DNA of 64,000 nt from Thermoanaerobaculia bacterium (GTDB lineage Bacteria > Acidobacteriota > Thermoanaerobaculia > Multivoradales > Multivoraceae), in contig OY761158.1 in NCBI GenBank assembly GCA_963664405.1, positions 512,001-576,000 on the forward strand, given 5' to 3'. Under the pieces are notes generated by a model. It saw only the letters and a program-made list of their open reading frames with translations. It did no database searches and had not been told where the DNA came from. Made by a program: the position numbers and the translations under genes. This document shows positions 31,352-40,255 of the stretch, in pieces (position 1 is the first letter of the stretch; every line of letters starts with the position of its first letter).

Positions 31352-32254
31352 TCAGTGCGTTGACCCGGGCACGACCTCACTGAAATTCGGCGCAGCGGCG
31401 AGAGGCGTCTTGCCCAGAGCCCAGTCGAGGGCATCCACAAAGGCGTGTTGAAAATCCTGGCGGTCCCAGACGTCCGCACGATGACCCATGCCGTTGTAGA
31501 AGACCCTGCCCTCGCCGACCTGAGCGCACCAGATGATCGGGTAGTCAGGCAGGTCGTACTTCTCGTCGACGAGGCGCTGCTTTGCGGTCTCGAGAAGAGC
31601 GAGAACGTGCATCCGGTCCTTCGCGAGGTTCTTGAAGACATACCACTCATCGAGCACCGTCCAGCCCTGCGGAACATGCCTCATCGTCGGATGGGCCTTG
31701 TCCACGACTCGCAACGCTCCTTTGAATTGTGCGCCATGAGTCGCGAACTCGCCGCCGATCAGCCGAACGTAGGGTGAGGCCTCGCCGGAAGGATCCGCGA
31801 GAGTATCGGTGGCCGAATGGAAGCCGAGAAAGGCCCCTCCGGCTTCGACCCAGGCGGTGAGCTCAGCAACGCCATTCGCTCCCATCGGGGGTTGAGAGTC
31901 GCCGCCGAAGATCCCCTCGCCATCGCCCGATTCGGTGAGATCGCCGGTGGTATAGAACACAAGCGCATCCAGCCCGGCGAGGACCTCGGTGCGAATGCGG
32001 CCTGCGTCCTTGGTGCTCACCAGGTCGATGCCGTGCCGATCGGCAATACCTTGCAGCACCCGCTCTACATGAGAAGGGCTTTCACCATCACTTTTGATAG
32101 CCGAATGCACGTAGCCGGAGGACTTACTGAGAAAGAGCACCCGCGGCGCTTCCGCAAAGGAGGCCGCGCAGGTCAGGGAGACCAGGAGGTTGGCGAGGAA
32201 AAGGGGCTTGAGGCGATCGAGCAAGAGGCGATCGAGCATAAGGCGATCGAGCAT
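31352..32254 (-). CDS. ThuA-domain (trehalose utilization-like) secreted protein
   Basis: Signal peptide; GFHSATD, DEWY and GRVFYNGMGH motifs. Confidence 0.8.
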   Translation of the reverse strand: MLDRLMLDRLLLDRLKPLFLANLLVSLTCAASFAEAPRVLFLSKSSGYVHSAIKSDGESPSHVERVLQGIADRHGIDLVSTKDAGRIRTEVLAGLDALVFYTTGDLTESGDGEGIFGGDSQPPMGANGVAELTAWVEAGGAFLGFHSATDTLADPSGEASPYVRLIGGEFATHGAQFKGALRVVDKAHPTMRHVPQGWTVLDEWYVFKNLAKDRMHVLALLETAKQRLVDEKYDLPDYPIIWCAQVGEGRVFYNGMGHRADVWDRQDFQHAFVDALDWALGKTPLAAAPNFSEVVPGSTH

Positions 32255-32401
32255 GAGGCGATTCTGTCATGGCGAAGCGCAACCCAGTTATGGGATTCGG
32301 AGAGCCTTGATCAGACGCTCTAGGGTCCGCCTAAGCAGAGACAGGGATGGGTCACCACGCTCGCCGGCCACGGCAAGCACCGCAGCAGGTACACTGGAGC
32401 C

Positions 32402-35217
32402 TTGAGCTCCACAGAACAGGTCCGCTGGGCTGACAAGATCGACCAGCTCATTGCACTCTCGGACGATGAGGAGCGCGAAGCGTTCTTTGCGAAGCATCCT
32501 GAAGTCTGTTGTTCGGAAGTGGCGCGACAGCTGGGTCGCAGAACCACGAAACTGGCACACATGGACATCCCCGCGGCAAGCCGTGCGGGTGAGACGCTTA
32601 GACAGCTTGGAGGTCTTTCTCAGGAGGAGCTCTATCTGAGGGCTACAGCCAGCGCACGCTGGCGGCTATCAGTCAGCTCCAGGGCGTCGACTATAACGTC
32701 CAGCTCAAACACCTAAGAGCGGCGATCAAGCACTTCGAGTCGGCCTCGAGAGAGGATGAGGTCGCGATCACTTGCTCCAACGGACTCATGGCGCTTGCGA
32801 TCCTAGGGGAGCACGATCTCCTGAAGGCTTGGGAGCAGCGAGCCAGACGCTATTTTGAATCGCACTCAGATCGGCTCCGCCTAGGCCGACTCGAGCTAAA
32901 TGTTGGCAACCTGGCAGGCTGGCAATGTAAATGGCAGAAGGCAGTAGACGCCTACCGCAAGGCGCACCGTCTAATGCTTCTCGCGGGCGCAGAGCAAAGT
33001 GACGAACTAGCCGCACTCGCCAACCTCTCTTTCTGCCTCCTGAAGCTTGGCGATCTGTCCGCGGCGACGTCACTGATCGAGAAGACTCTTACTATCGGCC
33101 AGGAAAATGGCTGGGACCTTGATGTCGCTACGGCAGAAGCACAGCTAGCGCGACTCAGGTACCTTCAGGGCGACTTCAGATCAGCCCTCGACCTCGCAAG
33201 AACGGCAAGAACACGCTATCGGCGACACGGTTCACTCCACAGCGAAGCCCAAGTATCCGTAGCGGAAGCGGACATTCTCCTCGCGATCTGCGCACCTGAA
33301 CAGAGCGAAGCGCTGGCGCATCGGGCTCTAAGGGATTTTGAGCAGATCGGCGTTCCACTTGAGATAGGTAACGCCCTTTTGAGACTCGGGCATTGTGCGA
33401 ATTGTAAGATGAGACACCGCCTCGCACTCCGCCTCTTTCGACGCGCGAAGAAGCTCTTCAAAGAATCTCACAGCACAGCGAAGTCACTGCTGGCTAGCTA
33501 CTACATCGCTGCAACACTTAACGATCTCGGTCGCTACTCGCATAGCCGGCGGGAGGCAGAACGGGTCCTCAGGACGCCCGATTCGCGTTCGGGAACCTTT
33601 CTTCCCGTTCAGTGCCGCCTTCTACTTGGAAAACTGGCGCTAGAGCGGGGAGACGTCGAGGATTGCATCGACAACGTCGACTTGGCGCTGCGTAACATTA
33701 ACTATCTCGACTCGGCGATGATGGAAGCCGAAGCCTTCCTCGTGCTAGGTGCGGCGAGAGAGCAAGCAGGCCTGCCCGAACAGGCATATCACTCATATCA
33801 GCGATCGGAACGCAGCCTCGAGGGCGCCCGAAGGTTTCTCTCGACCGGTGAACTAGCGATCTCCTTCCTAGGCGACAAGTTGGAGGTATACGAAGCTCTT
33901 TTTGACCTCGCCCGCAAGCAAGGCAACCTCAAGGAGGCGATCTATTTCGCAGAGAAAGCTAAATCGCGAACTTTGTCGGACCTGATGCGAGAAGAGGTCC
34001 AGGATGGGAGCGGCGGTAACCGGAACCGGGATCTGAGCCCTTCGCCACTGAACAGTAGGCTGAGAGGCTACGAGAAGAGGATTCGGGAGCTCGAGTTCTC
34101 GGACGAACGCGACGTACTCGGGCAAATTGCGAGGCTGCGGGAACTCGCGAGTGACCTAACCGGGACTGCAAGCGGAGACGTGCCGAGGAAAGCAGAGAGA
34201 TTATTTGGTAGGTCGTCGCCAACTGACCAGAAACGGCCGGAGAACGTCCGAGAGTGCCTGGGGAGCGGAGAAACCCTCCTCGAATATTTCTTCTCACGAG
34301 GAACCGTATTCGCAATCGTTGTCAGTCGAGAGAACCTACAAATCGTACCCGTATCGTCAGTCTCCCGCGCTGAGAAGGTCCACCGCCTCCTCATGGCGAC
34401 TCTCTCCAGGCGTGAGGCGGAGTCGCATCTCGACAGCAGCACGCACTACCTCCAGCAACTCTACGAGCTACTCTTGGCCCCAGTCCGGCCTCTCCTCGAG
34501 GGTCCGAATGTTGTCGTCGTTCCCCATGACTTTCTCCACCAGTTACCCTTCCACTCCCTGTTAGACGGCAGTTCGTACCTCGTCGACCAATTCAGCTTTA
34601 GCTACGCGCCAAGTGCAGAAAGCCTTCGATTAGCGCGCCTGAGACCTCCCAGTAAGAACGAGGGGATTGCGGTTTTCGGACGTTCAGATGCCACCGCTCC
34701 CAATATCGCTGACGAAGTCCGTTCCCTAAACGAGCTTCTTCCCAACTGTCGCGTCTTCCTCGATGGGGATGCGACACTAGAGCGACTGCAAGAGTCGTGT
34801 CGCGAGGCCCGGTGGATTCACGTCGCAGCGCATGGACTCTTTCGAGAGGCGGATCCGGCGGCCTCTTCGATGAAATTGGACGGTTTTCTACTTTCGCCCA
34901 ACAGACTGCGCAACCTCGAACTGCAAGCCGACCTAGTTGTCCTGAGCGGCTGCAGCACAGGCCGGGGAGTGATTCGAGGCGCGGATGAGATACTCGGCCT
35001 CTCGAGGAGCCTCCTCGAAGCGGGAGTTAGATCCACAGTTGTCAGCCTGTGGGACGTTGACGACGCGGTCACAGCGGCGCTGATGCCCTCGTTCTATCGA
35101 GCTCTCCAACAAGGAGAGTCCTACAGCGATGCGCTTCGAAAGGCAATGCTAGATATTAGGCAGGTCGCACCTCATGTGTCCTTGTGGGCACCGTTCGCTC
35201 TCATGGGAGCCGGCTGA
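32402..35217 (+). pseudogene. TPR-CHAT (caspase-like) protein 1, split by a one-base frameshift near 32640
   Basis: ORF 32402-32716 plus the frame open from 32602 to 35217 align end to end with the neighbouring paralog; CHAT motifs PHDFLHQLPFH, IHVAAHG, LSGCSTG, SLWDVDD and WAPF. Confidence 0.75.
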
Positions 35218-38176
35218 GCTGCTAGCGAGCTCTCCAAGTGTTAGACTCGCCCAAGACGGTTCCACACCCCCGCCGAACCGCCGCTGTGGCAAGTGCCGTC
35301 TACGTCATCCGCACGGACTTGCAGTGTCTTCAACGTCCAGCGCACCGGAGCTTGTCGCTCCTCTTGTCGAGAGCCTCCAGCGTCTTCCAGAAGGCCAAGT
35401 CGGAGAGTTTTTCCACAACAGAAAAGAGCTCGTCACCCGTTCGACTGTCGAGGATTTGACAAGAGAAGCGACGAGGCTGCTAAGAATTGACCTGGAACTC
35501 TCTCGGCGCCTCTCCGAAGCGTCACTCTGGCTCTCGGAACAACTCGACGACGACTACTCTCGCGCCAAAGCCCATCGAGCAGCCGCCAACCTAGCTCACG
35601 CTCAGGGTCGACACACGGAAGCCCTTGAGCGCTATCGCAGAGCCCGATCCCTCTTTGAACTAATCGGAAACCAAGAAGAGGCCGCGATCACCGCGAGTTC
35701 CTCGCTGCAGGCTCTCACTTACGTCGGCGATCACGAGGCTGCCTTCGCCGAAGCCAAATTCGCGCGAACAACGTTCGAGCGCGTTGGCGATCGCTTGCGG
35801 CTGGCCCGCCTGAACTTCAACTACGCGAACATTCTTCACCACAGAGACCGATGGGCCGAGGCGGCGGGCCATTACGAGGACGCCTATCGCGACTTTCTGG
35901 AAATTGGGGAGAAGGAGGACGTTGCGGTTTGTCTCGGCAACATGGCTGTTTGCCACCAAAAACAGCAGGACTTCGTACAGGCACTCGCCTTCTATGAACG
36001 AACCCGGGAGTTCTGCGAAGAGAACGGGCTGACTGTCCTAGTGGCCGACATCGACTACAACATCGCTTACCTCTACTACCTGCGTGGCGAATACACTAGG
36101 GCACTCGAGCTCTATAGGGAGGCGAGGGTCAAGCACCGAGAGCTAGGTGACCGACACCATGAGGATCTGTGTGCTCTCGACGAAGCAGAGATCTACCTTG
36201 AGCTGAACCTGACAGTCGAGAGCGCGGATCTCGCGGGCTCAGCGTTCGATGGTTTTCAGCAAAGGGGCCTTGTTCATGAAAGCGCGAGAGCACTGACGAA
36301 TCTTGCCTTGGCGGAAGGTCGCCAAGGTAAGTCTTTTCTCGCCCTAGAATTGCTGGGCCAGGCAAGAGATCTCTATTCACAAAACGAGAACCATGTTTCG
36401 GCGGCGCTTGTTGACCTGTACAAGGCCGGTGTGCTCTATCGAGCGGGACGTCCTTTCGAAGCGAGAAGCTTCGCGAGTCAAGCAGGATGCGGTTTCGGAG
36501 AAGCCGGCCTCGCCACCAAGCAAGCCGCGTGTGAGCTTCTGTTGACACGGATCTCTCTCGATGACGGCGACCTAACTGCCGCCGCAAAACACAGCCAGTC
36601 GGTACTAGAGAAACTCTCGCTGGTCGATGCACCCAGCCTCTCTCATCTTGCGTATCTGCTGCTGGGAGAGATCGAGGAGCGCCTTGGCAATGCCGTCGGC
36701 GCCAAGGAAGCTCTGACTCAGTCACACGAACAGCTCGAGAGAATCAGAGGTCCGATGCAGACCGAGGAACAGAAGGTCGGATTCCTCGACGACCAGCTCG
36801 TCGTCTACGAGAGTCTGGTCAGCGTGATCCTCCAAGGGGACGACTCTTCAGAAGAAAAGGAAGAGGCCTTTGCCTGGGCAGAGAAGGCAAAGTCCAGAAG
36901 CCTTGCAAATCTCCTCGCGTTTCGAGCTCATCTCCTGCCCGCTACCTCGCCCGGGCGCAGCAAGCTGGCAGACCAGGTCAGACAGCTCCGCGAAGAGCTC
37001 AACTGGTACTACCGGCAGATCAATCTCCAAGAAATGCGGAGCGACGCTCCCTCAACCGAAGGCGTCGAAGCTCTGCGTGCCTACAGCAGGCAGCAGGAAG
37101 GTCGCCTCATCCGCACCCTTTCGCAGTTCCAACAGGACGATCAGGAGTTTCGTTCGCTGCAGGAGGGTCTCACCACCGACCTCGAAACGATCAGGCGCGA
37201 CCTGTCATGGGGTACAACGCTGCTCGAGTACTACGTCGCTCGAGGAACGGTATACGCACTGATCGTCGATCACCGCACGATCGAGATCGTCCCGCTCACA
37301 CTCGAGAAGACGGTACGTGGGCTCAGCGGGCTACTGCGCTCCGCGCTCTCGCGGCGCCGCGATACGAGCGACCTGCGACATCGTAAGGAGTCCGCCGCAT
37401 TCGAGTATCTTGCGGCCCTGTACGAAGAGCTCGTGGCGCCAGTGCACGACCTCCTGCGGGGTCCATCTCTAGTGGTGATTCCACACAGTCTACTCTTCTA
37501 TCTTCCCTTCCACGCATTCCCCACCGGCTCCGGCTACCTCGCCGACGAATTCACGGTGTCGTACGCGCCAAGCGCAACAGTTTTTCATCTATCCAAGATC
37601 AAAGACCCGAGCGACGACGCTACTGGTACCGTGTTTTTCTGCCCCGATGACACGCGAACCGACCTTCTCGAGCTGGCGGCAGCTATCAAGAGACTCGAGC
37701 CCGATACTGAGCTGATACCTGGGCAGCAAGCGACCGGAGAGGCACTCCAAGCCAGGGCGAGCAAAGCTCGCTTCATCTATCTGTCGGCGCAGGGCCATTA
37801 TCGAGAAGACAATCCAATGTTCTCGTCTCTCGAAATGGGAGGCGGATCGATCCACCTTTTCGATCTCTTTCAGCTTCATCTGCGAGCCGACGTAGTGTCA
37901 CTGCTTGGCTGCGGACCAGGGCTGAACACACAAGGCAAGGGTGACGAAGTGGTGGGCCTGGTCCGCGGCCTCCTGTACGCGGGAGCTCGCTCCGTAGTGA
38001 CGACCGTTTGGGACGTCGAGGATTCCACCGCCGCCGAGTTCTCTTCCGCCTTCCACCGACACCTCCAGAACGGAGAGAGCAAGGCACTCGCGACCAGTCT
38101 CGCCATCACCGAGCTCAGGAGCAGGCACCCCGACCCCTACCACTGGGCTGGATTCGCGCTCTACGGTGAGGCCTAG
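35174..38176 (+). CDS. TPR-CHAT protein 2; catalytic His replaced by Gln (true start probably downstream, ~35320)
   Basis: Multiple TPRs, AEKAKSRSL, IYLSAQG, LLGCGPG, TVWDVED and HWAGF motifs. Confidence 0.85.
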   Translation: MCPCGHRSLSWEPAELLASSPSVRLAQDGSTPPPNRRCGKCRLRHPHGLAVSSTSSAPELVAPLVESLQRLPEGQVGEFFHNRKELVTRSTVEDLTREATRLLRIDLELSRRLSEASLWLSEQLDDDYSRAKAHRAAANLAHAQGRHTEALERYRRARSLFELIGNQEEAAITASSSLQALTYVGDHEAAFAEAKFARTTFERVGDRLRLARLNFNYANILHHRDRWAEAAGHYEDAYRDFLEIGEKEDVAVCLGNMAVCHQKQQDFVQALAFYERTREFCEENGLTVLVADIDYNIAYLYYLRGEYTRALELYREARVKHRELGDRHHEDLCALDEAEIYLELNLTVESADLAGSAFDGFQQRGLVHESARALTNLALAEGRQGKSFLALELLGQARDLYSQNENHVSAALVDLYKAGVLYRAGRPFEARSFASQAGCGFGEAGLATKQAACELLLTRISLDDGDLTAAAKHSQSVLEKLSLVDAPSLSHLAYLLLGEIEERLGNAVGAKEALTQSHEQLERIRGPMQTEEQKVGFLDDQLVVYESLVSVILQGDDSSEEKEEAFAWAEKAKSRSLANLLAFRAHLLPATSPGRSKLADQVRQLREELNWYYRQINLQEMRSDAPSTEGVEALRAYSRQQEGRLIRTLSQFQQDDQEFRSLQEGLTTDLETIRRDLSWGTTLLEYYVARGTVYALIVDHRTIEIVPLTLEKTVRGLSGLLRSALSRRRDTSDLRHRKESAAFEYLAALYEELVAPVHDLLRGPSLVVIPHSLLFYLPFHAFPTGSGYLADEFTVSYAPSATVFHLSKIKDPSDDATGTVFFCPDDTRTDLLELAAAIKRLEPDTELIPGQQATGEALQARASKARFIYLSAQGHYREDNPMFSSLEMGGGSIHLFDLFQLHLRADVVSLLGCGPGLNTQGKGDEVVGLVRGLLYAGARSVVTTVWDVEDSTAAEFSSAFHRHLQNGESKALATSLAITELRSRHPDPYHWAGFALYGEA

Positions 38177-38264
38177 GTGTACTTCATTGCCGCTGCATCC
38201 GGCTATGCCACACGCATGGCCGGGTTAGCGGAGATGAAGAGATTTGCATATACTGTGAAGTTCT

Positions 38265-38987
38265 ATGACTCTAGAGCTCTCGGCACCCGGCTCCTTAGTT
38301 ACCCGAGCGAGGGAGAAGAACCCTCGTCTCGCTCACCTCCAGCGAAGAAGGCTGGAGGAGGAGCTGAAGTCGGTAAAGACGGGGATCATGTGCGCGCTCA
38401 ATATGCTGCTGGATCTCAAAAATCTGCGCACTGGATTGCACGCGACACGCCTCGCCGAATGGGCGGTCCTCGCAGCCGAGAACCTAGGAGTGGATGAGAG
38501 TGAGCTCCGAGATATCGAGGCCGCATCTCTTTTACACGACATCGGCAAGATCGGTCTCCCGGATTCCATTCTGCTGAAGCCGGGAAAGCTCTCCGATGAA
38601 GAGTTCGCGATCACCAAGAAGCATCCCGAGTACGGCTGGGCAATCCTGAGATCGATTCCCGGACTCGAGAAAGCCAGCCTCTTGGTGCTGCATCATCACG
38701 AACGTTTCGACGGTAGGGGCTACCCCTCGGGCCTAGCGGGAGAGAACATCCCTCTCGGGTCTCGCATCGTGGCCGTCGTCGATGCCTTCGACGCCATGAT
38801 CTCGAGCCGCGCCTACCGAGACGCCCTGCCCCTCGAAGAGGTGCTTCGCCGCCTCGACGCCGACACCGGCAGTCAGTTCGACCCCAAGATCACGCCCTTC
38901 TTCATCGAGCTGTCGAAGGAGCATCTGCCCGAGCTGATGAAGCGCGACGAAGACGTCCCCGCCGGCCTGGCCCGGGTTCTGCCTTAG
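38265..38987 (+). CDS. Stand-alone HD-GYP domain protein (cyclic dinucleotide phosphodiesterase family)
   Basis: LLHDIGK, HHERFDGRGYP, VVDAFDAM and QFDP motifs. Confidence 0.9.
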   Translation: MTLELSAPGSLVTRAREKNPRLAHLQRRRLEEELKSVKTGIMCALNMLLDLKNLRTGLHATRLAEWAVLAAENLGVDESELRDIEAASLLHDIGKIGLPDSILLKPGKLSDEEFAITKKHPEYGWAILRSIPGLEKASLLVLHHHERFDGRGYPSGLAGENIPLGSRIVAVVDAFDAMISSRAYRDALPLEEVLRRLDADTGSQFDPKITPFFIELSKEHLPELMKRDEDVPAGLARVLP

Positions 38988-39192
38988 TCTCGGCTCTCCA
39001 CTGGCCCATACACATCTTTGCATTGGCTCAAGCGACTGGGCTACAATTACTGGTTAGCCTTTAGGGGTCAAGCGGATTTTCCGCACAAAGACCCTTTGAA
39101 ACACCTTCTCCCGCGTTACGGCGGGGGTAGGAAATCAGTACTGCGCTTTGGCGCAGTAGCTGCGCATTGTATTAATAACAAAGGAGTTATGC

Positions 39193-39246
39193 ATGTATCA
39201 GCCACACACGAAGACCGGTCATTCCGTCAGTCCAATCCTGGAGTAA
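39193..39246 (+). CDS. Peptide precursor P1: MYQPHTKTG-HSVSPILE (17 aa)
   Basis: Hand-translated; RBS AAGGAG at 39181; same KTG + 8-mer ILE end as neighbours. Confidence 0.75.
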   Translation: MYQPHTKTGHSVSPILE

Positions 39247-39280
39247 GTGCTCCGATAGCGATTCTTATAGGAGACACGAC

Positions 39281-39448
39281 ATGAAGATCAAAACGGACCT
39301 CCGAGGCGGCTATTCGTCGCCCAAAGCCGATTCAGAACGGCCAAGCAACAACCCGCAGGAATACTGCATTCAACGCCCATCGTCGCTTCTTTGGCCCCCC
39401 TCCGCTATCACGCAGACGGGTAACTGCGTCGCGGCGATTCTCGAATAG
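39281..39448 (+). CDS. Peptide precursor P2 (55 aa): MKIKTDLRGG-YSSPKADSERPSNNPQEYCIQRPSSLLWPPSAITQTG-NCVAAILE
   Basis: Hand-translated; RBS AGGAG; double-Gly leader. Confidence 0.8.
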   Translation: MKIKTDLRGGYSSPKADSERPSNNPQEYCIQRPSSLLWPPSAITQTGNCVAAILE

Positions 39449-39479
39449 AAACCCAACCTAAACCTAGATCGGAGAAGAG

Positions 39480-39533
39480 ATGAAAAACCTAGTCCTAAAG
39501 ACAGGCAACACCGTAGCAGCCATCTTGGAATAG
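39480..39533 (+). CDS. Peptide precursor P3: MKNLVLKTG-NTVAAILE (17 aa)
   Basis: Hand-translated; RBS GGAG at 39471. Confidence 0.78.
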   Translation: MKNLVLKTGNTVAAILE

Positions 39534-39574
39534 TGGCTCCACAATACCGAACGCGAATTTTTCGAGGAGATCCG

Positions 39575-39631
39575 ATGAACGTCAAGACCAACGTCAAAGC
39601 TGGTTCCCATCTCAACCACATCATGGAATAG
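39575..39631 (+). CDS. Peptide precursor P4: MNVKTNVKAG-SHLNHIME (18 aa)
   Basis: RBS GAGGAG; differs from the later copies at synonymous sites. Confidence 0.85.
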   Translation: MNVKTNVKAGSHLNHIME

Positions 39632-39666
39632 CCCTAGCTAACTCAACAGATATTTGGAGAAATCAA

Positions 39667-39723
39667 ATGAACATCAAAACCAACGTCAAGGCCGGTTCCC
39701 ATCTCAACCACATCATGGAATAG
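39667..39723 (+). CDS. Peptide precursor P5: MNIKTNVKAG-SHLNHIME
   Basis: RBS GGAG; tandem copy with one V>I change in the leader. Confidence 0.85.
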   Translation: MNIKTNVKAGSHLNHIME

Positions 39724-39759
39724 CCCTTAGCTAACTCAACAGATATTTGGAGAAATCAA

Positions 39760-39816
39760 ATGAACGTCAAAACCAACGTCAAGGCCGGTTCCCATCTCAA
39801 CCACATCATGGAATAG
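39760..39816 (+). CDS. Peptide precursor P6: MNVKTNVKAG-SHLNHIME
   Basis: RBS GGAG; tandem copy. Confidence 0.85.
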   Translation: MNVKTNVKAGSHLNHIME

Positions 39817-39852
39817 CCCTTAGCTAACTCAACAGATATTTGGAGAAATCAA

Positions 39853-39909
39853 ATGAACGTCAAAACCAACGTCAAGGCCGGTTCCCATCTCAACCACATC
39901 ATGGAATAG
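39853..39909 (+). CDS. Peptide precursor P7: MNVKTNVKAG-SHLNHIME
   Basis: RBS GGAG; tandem copy. Confidence 0.85.
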   Translation: MNVKTNVKAGSHLNHIME

Positions 39910-39944
39910 CCCTAGCTAACTCAACAGATATTTGGAGAAATCAA

Positions 39945-40001
39945 ATGAACGTCAAAACCAACGTCAAGGCCGGTTCCCATCTCAACCACATCATGGAGTA
40001 G
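39945..40001 (+). CDS. Peptide precursor P8: MNVKTNVKAG-SHLNHIME
   Basis: RBS GGAG; tandem copy ending GAG TAG. Confidence 0.85.
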   Translation: MNVKTNVKAGSHLNHIME

Positions 40002-40008
40002 CGCAGTC

Positions 40009-40179
40009 ATGAAAATCAGAACAGACATCAAAGCAGGCTATTCAGCAACCAAGATGGAATCCCTCCCCAACCTGGAGCTGCCGCGACTCACACTCGACGA
40101 CTTCCCCAGCGTGAAGGAAGAGACTCTCAGCAGGCCCTTCTTCAAGACCGGCCAAGCAGTCGCTGCGATCCTCGAGTAG
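40009..40179 (+). CDS. Peptide precursor P9 (56 aa): MKIRTDIKAG-YSATKMESLPNLELPRLTLDDFPSVKEETLSRPFFKTG-QAVAAILE
   Basis: Hand-translated; paralog of P2 in leader, length and C-terminus. Confidence 0.8.
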   Translation: MKIRTDIKAGYSATKMESLPNLELPRLTLDDFPSVKEETLSRPFFKTGQAVAAILE

Positions 40180-40255
40180 GTTTCTTTGAAGGGGGAGCCG
40201 CAGTGCTCCAACCCGACAAGGAAGGGACTCGAACTTCTTCTTGAAGAGAGTGTCC

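Larger units (their letters stand above)
39575..40001 (+). repeat. Tandem repeat, 92-93 bp unit, about 4.6 copies (gene + intergenic + RBS)
   Basis: ATG starts at 39575, 39667, 39760, 39853 and 39945; spacer CCCT(T)AGCTAACTCAACAGATATTTGGAGAAATCAA. Confidence 0.95.

Noticed and set aside
32210-32260. Three 15-bp tandem repeats (GGCGATCGAGCA core) at the ThuA gene start
   Set aside because: Short slippage repeat giving MLDRL x3; it only makes the start codon ambiguous
38990-39190. c-di-GMP riboswitch next to the HD-GYP gene
   Set aside because: I could not find the conserved GEMM-type motifs; only generic hairpins are visible
39018-39624. Track ORFs 39018-39284 (+) and 39370-39624 (-)
   Set aside because: They overlap the RBS-supported peptide genes in other frames or on the other strand and have no recognisable motifs
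39575-40001. Possible CRISPR array
   Set aside because: There are no variable spacers; the whole 92-93 bp unit repeats and encodes RBS + ORF; no cas genes are in the window
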